Shown here piece after piece: positions 15,600 through 22,612 of a stretch of 43,796 bases of DNA. Numbering within the stretch: the first letter of the stretch is position 1; the number at the start of each line of letters is the position of its first letter. Where the stretch lies: positions 1-43,796 of IMG/VR virus record IMGVR_UViG_3300028586_000036; one strand, given 5' to 3'. The notes beneath the pieces were generated by a model, which saw only the letters and a program-made list of their open reading frames with translations, was not told the origin of the DNA and did no database searches. Origin of the DNA: a virus (lineage: Duplodnaviria; Caudoviricetes). The translations under genes were made by a program, and so were the position numbers.

Positions 15600-16145
15600 A
15601 TGAAAATCAACAAGCAAGTAAAGCTCTCCGCACTCGTCGTCGTTCTCGCATCTTTCGGGGCCAGCGCGCAGACGGTCAACGGCACGGCCACCAGCGCAAA
15701 CGAGGTCCAATCCACTTCGGCAGCACAGAACCAAGGCAACACCCAAGGCATCACCTTCAACAGCGAGGAGCGCGGCAGCACGACACTGCGCAACACTCCG
15801 GGCACGATTCTGGGCGGCTTTAGCGGCTCGTTCTCGTCGGACTTTTGCCGGGGCAGCAGCCAGGCAGGTATCAGCGGCCCGGGCTTCTCTATCGCAGGAG
15901 GTGGCCAGGTCACTGACGATGCCTGCGTACTGTATCGCGGCGTCGAGCGAACCATGCAAGTCTCAAGCACCCTGCGCGGCTTCAACCCGGCTACGTCTGC
16001 GAAGCTGGATCAGGCAGCAGTCGACATGCTCTGCTCGGTCCCGCAACTGGCCCCGGCGATGCGCAACCAGGGCATCTGCACCCTGCCCGAAGAACAGCGC
16101 CGCGCTACCGTCTCGCAAAACAGCATCTACTCAGGCGGTCAGTGA
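15600..16145 (+). CDS. Secreted protein with a Q/N/S/T-rich N-terminus and a four-Cys C-terminal domain
   Basis: Signal MKINKQVKLSALVVVLASFGASA|Q; AAAGGA RBS before ATG 15600. Confidence 0.85.
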   Translation: MKINKQVKLSALVVVLASFGASAQTVNGTATSANEVQSTSAAQNQGNTQGITFNSEERGSTTLRNTPGTILGGFSGSFSSDFCRGSSQAGISGPGFSIAGGGQVTDDACVLYRGVERTMQVSSTLRGFNPATSAKLDQAAVDMLCSVPQLAPAMRNQGICTLPEEQRRATVSQNSIYSGGQ

Positions 16146-16489
16146 TGGATGATCGCCAGCTTCTGGAGCTTGCCGCAAAAGCGGCTGGCTACTTGCCTGA
16201 TGGACCTTTTGGGAGAGGGATTCTATGCTTATCCGGAGATCATGCATTTCCGTTCAGCCCCTTAAGCGACGATGGCGACGCCTTGCGCTTGGCCGTCAAA
16301 TTAGGGTTGACCATAGCCAATGAACACATCAACTCTGGGGTGGCTTACTGCTATCTCGGCCACGATGAGGATGTAGAGTTTCCATCGGTACGATCAGGCG
16401 AAAACGAAAGCAATATTGTTCCCAGTGACTACGCCGCAACCCGACGCGCAATCGTTTTGGCAGCGGCTGAAATCGGAAAAGGAATGTGA
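16142..16489 (+). CDS. Hypothetical protein (DRxLLExAAKAA family), paralog of 17336..17707
   Basis: 'PLSDDGDALRLAVKL...ATRRAIV.AAAEIG'. Confidence 0.8.
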   Translation: MMDDRQLLELAAKAAGYLPDGPFGRGILCLSGDHAFPFSPLSDDGDALRLAVKLGLTIANEHINSGVAYCYLGHDEDVEFPSVRSGENESNIVPSDYAATRRAIVLAAAEIGKGM

Positions 16490-16490
16490 A

Positions 16491-16721
16491 ATGGCCCATC
16501 CCGTAGCCAATCATCGTGTGTACGACCTGCTGGACGTTATAGAGCGAGAGGCGGTATCGAAGCTTCAGGACGAATTGGCGTGCGATGAGGCTACGGCCCG
16601 GGCTTGGATCAGCAAGGCGCCGCTGATTACTGGGCGCTGGGCAGAGTACGCCGAGACGCACATACAGCACATCCTCGCGTACAACATGAAGCGCCTGACC
16701 GCGCAGGACTTGGGCCGTTAA
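16491..16721 (+). CDS. Hypothetical protein
   Basis: Start MAHPVA after AAGGA. Confidence 0.65.
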   Translation: MAHPVANHRVYDLLDVIEREAVSKLQDELACDEATARAWISKAPLITGRWAEYAETHIQHILAYNMKRLTAQDLGR

Positions 16722-16747
16722 TAGCAAGCAGATATTGAGGTGAAGAT

Positions 16748-16957
16748 ATGTCGGAAGAGTGGGTTGAGCACGAACTAGACGAGAGAGGATGGAAGATTCG
16801 ATTGGTCGAAGTACAAGAGGATGATGAGGGCATGTATTCGCATGAGGTGATGGTAGTTGAGCGTATCGAAGATGGAATGCACATTCACACCTCATACAGT
16901 ACGGACCGAATGGATGCATTAGAAGAGGCAATCAAGGGGTATGAAAGTGATGACTGA
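16748..16957 (+). CDS. Highly acidic 69-aa protein
   Basis: GAGGTG RBS; very D/E-rich. Confidence 0.7.
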   Translation: MSEEWVEHELDERGWKIRLVEVQEDDEGMYSHEVMVVERIEDGMHIHTSYSTDRMDALEEAIKGYESDD

Positions 16958-17339
16958 ATTTGACCCTAGCAAGCCGGTGATGACGCGGAGCGGGATAAAG
17001 GCCACGGTCCTAACAACCACTAGGCGAGATAGAGATATGCCCATCGTAGCGCTTGTTCACTATGAATATGGCGACGACATAACTAGCCACCGCTCAGACG
17101 GGGCATCGGGCTATGGCGGACAGAACCACACCGACCTCGTGAACATCCCCGAATCCAAGTGGATGAACCTGTACGAAGATCCGGTAGCCGCGCGCATTGC
17201 CAGCAACTGGCACGAGAGCCGGGATGAGGCGGACCGCATAGCTCACGGAATGGACAAGGATCATCCGGGCGGGCGGCGTGTAGCTATCGTCGAACGTAAG
17301 CCGTCTGGCGATTTCATCACTACGGCGGTGGAGAAATGA
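16950..17339 (+). CDS. Hypothetical protein
   Basis: 'KPVMTRSG.KA...PIVALV...G....DLVN' motif. Confidence 0.75.
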   Translation: MTEFDPSKPVMTRSGIKATVLTTTRRDRDMPIVALVHYEYGDDITSHRSDGASGYGGQNHTDLVNIPESKWMNLYEDPVAARIASNWHESRDEADRIAHGMDKDHPGGRRVAIVERKPSGDFITTAVEK

Positions 17340-17707
17340 CTGATCGAGAGTTGCTTGAAGCGGCAGCTAAGGCGGCTAAATTGGGGCCGACAAAGTGGCA
17401 AGATCTATCGGGCTGGGGAGAGGTAAGGTATGGGCTGAGTGAAGCGCTCTATTCGGAGAAGTTGCTAGATTACTGGAACCCGCTTCAGAGCGATTCCGAC
17501 GCATTCCGACTTGCGGCGGGGCTTCACATTGAGGTCACGTTCCCTGTGAACATCATGGACGGGCGACCTGGGCCGATTTCAGCTTGCGCCGTTGGCTATC
17601 CTGGCCTGCGTGTAAGTATTCAGCGAAATCAGGCTGGCAGTGGCGACGATGGACTAATGCGGCGGGCGATTACCGAAGCGGCTGCCCAATTAGTCAAGGT
17701 AATGTGA
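17336..17707 (+). CDS. Hypothetical protein, paralog of 16142..16489
   Basis: 'TDRELLEAAAKAA...WNPLQSDSDAFRLA...RRAITEAAA'. Confidence 0.8.
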   Translation: MTDRELLEAAAKAAKLGPTKWQDLSGWGEVRYGLSEALYSEKLLDYWNPLQSDSDAFRLAAGLHIEVTFPVNIMDGRPGPISACAVGYPGLRVSIQRNQAGSGDDGLMRRAITEAAAQLVKVM

Positions 17708-17865
17708 TGGCAATCGGTGAATGGACGATATCGTTTGTCAGAGGGCGAAGCAGGTCAAGATGCCGAATGGACATGAACAGCATGTTTCAGCGCATGAGGG
17801 CTAGAGCCAGCACTCGGCCTATCTATCGACAGTCGCAACCGCGATACAAGCTATGGAGCAAGTGA

Positions 17866-18057
17866 ATGGCAATCGACGATAACTCATGGGATGCGGGCTA
17901 CGAGTGCGGATATCACGACCAGAAGAAGGCGAGCGACGCGGTGATTCTGGCGCTGAATCAGCAGGTCGGCGTGCTTCAGGCGCTGCTGGCGTCGAGGTGC
18001 AAGGTGTCGCCCGACCCTATGGAGCCTTCCCAATCGCAGCCGGCGCAGGCGATTTAG
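17866..18057 (+). CDS. Last small ORF of the rightward arm
   Basis: GGAG RBS; its 3' end overlaps the convergent o-spanin. Confidence 0.55.
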   Translation: MAIDDNSWDAGYECGYHDQKKASDAVILALNQQVGVLQALLASRCKVSPDPMEPSQSQPAQAI

Positions 18058-18238
18058 GGCAAGCCCGATCAAACGTGATGTTGTGGGCCGCGACCTGACG
18101 CAGCGTTTCGTCAGTATCGCGGCTCGACCACGTTATAGGCTTGAACTGAGCGCACGACGTGTCGATGTACTCAATCTCTTTGACGCCCGCGCATGCTTGG
18201 ATCAAGGCGCACATCGGTAGCAGTAGCAGCAATTTCAT
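18017..18238 (-). CDS. o-spanin (Rz1-like lipoprotein)
   Basis: MKLLLLLPMCALIQA|C lipobox, overlapping the 3' end of the i-spanin; 'C..F.PI..S..DT.ET..QV.AHN......C'. Confidence 0.85.
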   Translation of the reverse strand: MKLLLLLPMCALIQACAGVKEIEYIDTSCAQFKPITWSSRDTDETLRQVAAHNITFDRACPKSPAPAAIGKAP

Positions 18239-18419
18239 CGGCGTCATTCCTTTGGGCAATGGCTTCGTTAATGCGGCGCGCTTGGTCGTCGTCGCGCTGT
18301 TTCATGCGGGCAGCTTCGTCTAGCTGTGCGTCTTTCTTTCCGCCGCTGCGAGACAGCCACAGAACAAGCGCGCCAAGCCCAGCAGCGAGCCCGCCCAGGA
18401 TAAGTGTCAACAAGTCCAT
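18171..18419 (-). CDS. i-spanin (Rz-like)
   Basis: N-terminal TM helix plus a short charged helix, overlapping the lipoprotein gene. Confidence 0.8.
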   Translation of the reverse strand: MDLLTLILGGLAAGLGALVLWLSRSGGKKDAQLDEAARMKQRDDDQARRINEAIAQRNDADEIAATATDVRLDPSMRGRQRD

Positions 18420-18910
18420 TAGCGCGCCTCCTGCCGCCTGTGCGGCTCTGCTGGTGACATGATACGGCCTACACGTAGCTCTGATTCTTGCGCGACGCGG
18501 GCGGCCTGCTCTGCTTTGCTCTGCGCCTCAAGCGACCGCTTGCTGGCCTCGCTAGCCCGACGTGCTGCCCGAGTCTGCTCCGGGCCAAGTTCCTCCGCCA
18601 TCGCTTTAAGCTGCTGTGCCGCCTCACGCGCGGCTTCTGCTGCCTCAGTAGTGGCCTTCGCCGCCAGCTTGAGAGACTCACGCGAATCGCGCGCACGCTC
18701 CCCGTACTCATCCCGGATGCGCAGAATCTCTGCGACATGCCTCGACTCCTGCGCCGACACCGAGTAATTCATCTCGATAGCCCGCGCACCGTACCCCACA
18801 ATCCCACCGATCAGCACCGGCAAGACCAACAGCACAGCGAGATAGCTTTTCTTCAGCATCACGTCGCGTTTCATCAGCTGCTCGGGCGTCGACTTAGATG
18901 CCGTTTCCAT
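18419..18910 (-). CDS. TM plus coiled-coil protein in the lysis cassette
   Basis: 'YLAVLLVLPVLIGGIVGYG' followed by a long A/E/R/Q-rich helix. Confidence 0.7.
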   Translation of the reverse strand: METASKSTPEQLMKRDVMLKKSYLAVLLVLPVLIGGIVGYGARAIEMNYSVSAQESRHVAEILRIRDEYGERARDSRESLKLAAKATTEAAEAAREAAQQLKAMAEELGPEQTRAARRASEASKRSLEAQSKAEQAARVAQESELRVGRIMSPAEPHRRQEAR

Positions 18911-19367
18911 TCAATTTACCGCCCATAGTTTCAATGTGGTCGCTCATTTCTCGGATCGTGACTTTGGCTTCGGACAGTTCTACCTTCGTCGCCGCCAGCT
19001 CACGCGCCTGGCTAAGCAACGCCTCAGCCTGAAGCCGCATCTGCGTGTCCTGATCCGCGACCTTATGCCGCAGGGTAACCACTTCATCCGTCAGCTTGCT
19101 AAGGTTGCTCAGCAACTCGTAATACTGCTTTTCAATGCTCGCTCGATCCTTTCGCGCATCATCCAGGCGGTGGCTCAAGTCATCGACCGAAGCCTTGAAA
19201 ATCGAATGCTGCTGTAGGCTCAAGTCCGCCGTGTTTAGCTCAATGCGGGACTTCGCGATGAACTTCCACAGCGTGAAGAACACAACCGGCAGCAGAAGAA
19301 TCCCAACACCAGCCGCGACATACCACGGCGTAGAGTGGGCAAGAGCAATTTCCGCCCCCGGCATCAA
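18894..19367 (-). CDS. TM plus coiled-coil protein in the lysis cassette (holin/antiholin candidate)
   Basis: 'WYVAAGVGILLLPVVFFTLW' followed by heptad-rich sequence. Confidence 0.7.
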   Translation of the reverse strand: MMPGAEIALAHSTPWYVAAGVGILLLPVVFFTLWKFIAKSRIELNTADLSLQQHSIFKASVDDLSHRLDDARKDRASIEKQYYELLSNLSKLTDEVVTLRHKVADQDTQMRLQAEALLSQARELAATKVELSEAKVTIREMSDHIETMGGKLNGNGI

Positions 19368-19379
19368 GCAACCCTCATG

Positions 19380-20024
19380 TTATGCGGCAAACAGCGCGCC
19401 GCGTTCGTATTTAGCTCGCACTTTGTTGGCAGCTTCGCCTACGGTGATCGTGCCGTCTTTGTTCGTATCCAAGCCGGCGTTCTGCTTATAAGTGATAGGC
19501 GAGCCCTCACGCGTCCAAAGAACGGCGCTATCGGGCTGTCCTACCGCCTTGGGCCACAGGATCGCCATATACACCGACGAAAGCGAGGTCAGGCGACCAC
19601 GGTACGGCATGAAGTAATCGCGCACCCACTCAAGCTGCTGCTCTGCAGTCAGTGACGCCAGATGCTCTACCGTCGTCCCCATTCCGCGTGCAGTAGCAGG
19701 CATAAACTGGATCAGCCCTGTGGCACCGCTGCCGGCCGCATTCTTCACAGATGGGCTAAACGTCTCGGCGCTCTCGAATGCCATGCACGACATCATCCAG
19801 TCCGGCTCGGTCTGCAGCTCGGACGCGATCTGCTTGAGTCGGACTCGAAAGGCGGGCGTCACTTTCGCGCCCCACCGCAGCGGCCTCGTCGGCAAGTCGT
19901 TGCTGTTTGATGTACCTGGCGATGATCCCGGCGACGACGGAAGCGAGGGCAACGTACTGGATGATTTCGGGCGCGATGCCTGCCCGAATATCGACCGGAA
20001 GAATTGCGAGAGCTTGGATAGCAT
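19380..20024 (-). CDS. Endolysin, SLT-like lytic transglycosylase
   Basis: 'MAFES', 'GATGLIQFMP.TA', 'QQLEWV..YF', 'Y.QN.GLD.NKDG.IT'. True start uncertain. Confidence 0.92.
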   Translation of the reverse strand: MLSKLSQFFRSIFGQASRPKSSSTLPSLPSSPGSSPGTSNSNDLPTRPLRWGAKVTPAFRVRLKQIASELQTEPDWMMSCMAFESAETFSPSVKNAAGSGATGLIQFMPATARGMGTTVEHLASLTAEQQLEWVRDYFMPYRGRLTSLSSVYMAILWPKAVGQPDSAVLWTREGSPITYKQNAGLDTNKDGTITVGEAANKVRAKYERGALFAA

Positions 20025-20142
20025 AGTCAGGTGCCGCCAGTGAGAATGCGAGAAGGGCCGCGCCCAGCGCTTGAAGGCGGACGCTCCAGAAGCGCCAAGC
20101 CAGGCGCCAGTCGCGGATTAGCTGGATGCGACGCGGGATCAT
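19756..20142 (-). CDS. Holin-like two-TM protein
   Basis: 'LI.DWR.AWRFWSVRLQAL...ARYIKQ..L' membrane-protein pattern directly 5' of the endolysin; ATGA-coupled. Confidence 0.75.
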   Translation of the reverse strand: MIPRRIQLIRDWRLAWRFWSVRLQALGAALLAFSLAAPDYAIQALAILPVDIRAGIAPEIIQYVALASVVAGIIARYIKQQRLADEAAAVGRESDARLSSPTQADRVRAADRAGLDDVVHGIRERRDV

Positions 20143-20468
20143 AGATTAATCGCCGCCCGGAACAAATCATCAAGGCCGTCGCTATCACCGCCTAGCCCCG
20201 CCCACATCTGCTGCAAAAACGGATTCGACCGCTCCCACATCGTTGCGCCGAATTCAATCTGTGCGCGCTTGCGCTCAGTGTCGTCTGTGATCGAGGCGAG
20301 CATCATTTCTACGTCGTCGAGGTAGCCGGCATCGAGTAATGCTAGCTGGCCCTGGCGGCTGGAGACGGCGGGCGGAACAGGGTTTGACGCTAGAGCCTGC
20401 AGCGCCTGCCATGCCTTTATTTCTTCTTCGCTCATATCGCGGATTACACCGTCCACAATGGTTTTCAT
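20139..20468 (-). CDS. Tail-fibre-associated (assembly chaperone-like) protein
   Basis: 'VSSRQGQLALL..G.L..VE...W.R..P........LG.....LDDLFRAA' family, typically following fibres. Confidence 0.75.
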   Translation of the reverse strand: MKTIVDGVIRDMSEEEIKAWQALQALASNPVPPAVSSRQGQLALLDAGYLDDVEMMLASITDDTERKRAQIEFGATMWERSNPFLQQMWAGLGGDSDGLDDLFRAAINL

Positions 20469-21685
20469 TGACGTATACCTCTTACAGAATAACTGCCATT
20501 ATTGACGGACCCATTTATTACCAAGCGCAGACCCGTTGTCAGCCCACTCGTCCGGTTGTATAACCTTCCCCTATTGTTGGTCAGGGCCGCTCCAGGGACC
20601 AGTCCTAAAGTCAAAGTCGAATACTCAAGCTGCCCAAAGTTTGTGTTTTTTCCAATCAACCTGATTGAAACTGAGGAAGGATTGCCGACTTGAGAGCCAG
20701 CTGAAGCAATAATAGGTGCCGCACCATTGTCAACGACAGTAGCAGTAACGTTGGTCGAGTTGCTGCTGGTCACAGTCGTTAAGGACGCATAAGCAGAAGT
20801 AGTATACGACCCGTTAGTCTTAAGGTTAGGCTGCAAAGTAATATTTCCAGCCGAGCCAAAAACGTTGATGACCTCAACTTCTATGATGCCAATTTCGTCA
20901 TCATCGAATCCTCTTTCCAAATCAATTTGCGATACAGCACTAGAAATTACTACCGATGAAAGGGTGACTGCTTGAGAGCGCCCAGATGTTAGAAAATTAG
21001 CCCCATCGGAATAAACCTCAAAGCTTTCTCCTGGGTATACCCGCATAGTGGTTCGGGCGTCTATCGTTTGCGATCCACTTGGATCAAGGGTGATGACCCC
21101 TGTGCCTACATTACGCAACGAAAATCGGAACTTTGGACCCAGAGTTACCGCTGAAGTTAAAGCCAAAGTAAACGATCCAGTCAACTTCAGCATTAGCTGC
21201 AAGTCTGTTGCCACCACTGTTCCGGCTGCGCTGATCGATCTTACGCCGCCAGGGAAATCTATATCTACCAGCTGAAAACCTGTAGCTGAAGGATTCACTT
21301 GGGGGAATTTACCCGCCCCTCCAGTGAAGTCGAAGCCCGCAGATGCTCCTGCCGCAGCGGCGCTGATAGCGGCCATATCCGCTTGCGCTTCAGCACGGTC
21401 CGCTTGCTGTGAGGCGAGCGTTACTTGTGCCGCAGCCAGCGCAACTTGATTTGCGGCGAGAGGGACTTGAGCGGCTGCGTCGGTGACAGCTTGTTGAGCG
21501 GCGAGCTTTGAAGTATTTGCGGATGCCGCTGCAGCCACAGCGGCGGCGCTCTTGGCCTCCACGTTCTGCTCAAGAGTATTGATATCCGGAACGAATGCCG
21601 GCATGTACTCGCCGAAAAACGCGTCAACATCTGTCGGGAATGTTGGGCTTGTCCGATCTAGCTCGGGGAAGGGTTGCAGAGGCAT
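20465..21685 (-). CDS. Tail fibre / receptor-binding protein
   Basis: N-terminal anchor, Ala-rich coiled coil, beta-rich domains; the 3' two-thirds is more AT-rich. Confidence 0.75.
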   Translation of the reverse strand: MPLQPFPELDRTSPTFPTDVDAFFGEYMPAFVPDINTLEQNVEAKSAAAVAAAASANTSKLAAQQAVTDAAAQVPLAANQVALAAAQVTLASQQADRAEAQADMAAISAAAAGASAGFDFTGGAGKFPQVNPSATGFQLVDIDFPGGVRSISAAGTVVATDLQLMLKLTGSFTLALTSAVTLGPKFRFSLRNVGTGVITLDPSGSQTIDARTTMRVYPGESFEVYSDGANFLTSGRSQAVTLSSVVISSAVSQIDLERGFDDDEIGIIEVEVINVFGSAGNITLQPNLKTNGSYTTSAYASLTTVTSSNSTNVTATVVDNGAAPIIASAGSQVGNPSSVSIRLIGKNTNFGQLEYSTLTLGLVPGAALTNNRGRLYNRTSGLTTGLRLVINGSVNNGSYSVRGIRQ

Positions 21686-22612
21686 TTAGGTCATTCCCTC
21701 AACTTGGATTGAGCAAAGGTGTTTTGTCAGGTACTCGACTTCTAGGGCAAAGTCGCGGTAGATGCCATAGATCAAAAGCGGCTCGTAGCCGTAGTCTCTT
21801 GTGGCGATGAAAACGCACGGGGTAGAGCGGATATCAGCGAGCGTGCGATAGATCCGGTTCATATCACGCGGGTCACACATTATCGCAAATGTTCCGCGCT
21901 TACTGTAGGCGCGTTTCTGGATAGTCACCTTGCCGAATGTAGGATCGCGAGTGACGCGGGAATAGTCGACGATACCTACTGAGGCTCCTTGCTGGGTTTC
22001 ACCGATACGCTGCGTCATTCCTGGCAGCAGCACCCCGATGGAAACTTGGTCAGCGCCGAATAGTTCAACCGTCAATTCATTCTGCGCGAAGCTGCCAGGT
22101 AGGTCGGTTAGCACCACATCACGCAGTCGTTCGTATGGAGCGAAGAACCAATCATAAAACGAGTCGATAATAGAGCCGTCTAGGCTTAGATCGCGCTGGT
22201 AAATGATCGTTCCGCCAGGCACGTCTCGCATCGTTACGCGCGCGCTGGATGCGTTTATCTCAAACAACGCAAGGCCAGACGTAAGGCCAGGACGCAGAAC
22301 TATCGTCATCGGCGCTGTGCCGGTGCTGATCGTACCGATCTCGTCGTCGAAAGCCGCCCATCGATTCGTGGGGCCAAGGTAGACCCAGGCGGCTGGCACT
22401 GTGGGCGTGGCTACATCCGTCAGCGGGTTACGGTTGAGGTTATTGGCGATGGCCGACTGGTACCGACGATGGTTGATGTAGACAAGAGCATCCACAGCGT
22501 AAGTCGTTGTCGAGATCCACAGCGTTCCGTCACCAGTCGATGGCTCAGGCACGCTGCTACTCGCCAGCATCGCATCCGTTATCTGCGTCGGGACGATAAT
22601 TTCAAAGCTCAT
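21686..22612 (-). CDS. Tail-tip protein (Dit-like, with a CBM-like insertion)
   Basis: Immediately after the TMP; 'WISTTTYAVDALVY..HRRYQS' carbohydrate-binding-like motif and 'GPTNRWAAFD'. Confidence 0.7.
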   Translation of the reverse strand: MSFEIIVPTQITDAMLASSSVPEPSTGDGTLWISTTTYAVDALVYINHRRYQSAIANNLNRNPLTDVATPTVPAAWVYLGPTNRWAAFDDEIGTISTGTAPMTIVLRPGLTSGLALFEINASSARVTMRDVPGGTIIYQRDLSLDGSIIDSFYDWFFAPYERLRDVVLTDLPGSFAQNELTVELFGADQVSIGVLLPGMTQRIGETQQGASVGIVDYSRVTRDPTFGKVTIQKRAYSKRGTFAIMCDPRDMNRIYRTLADIRSTPCVFIATRDYGYEPLLIYGIYRDFALEVEYLTKHLCSIQVEGMT

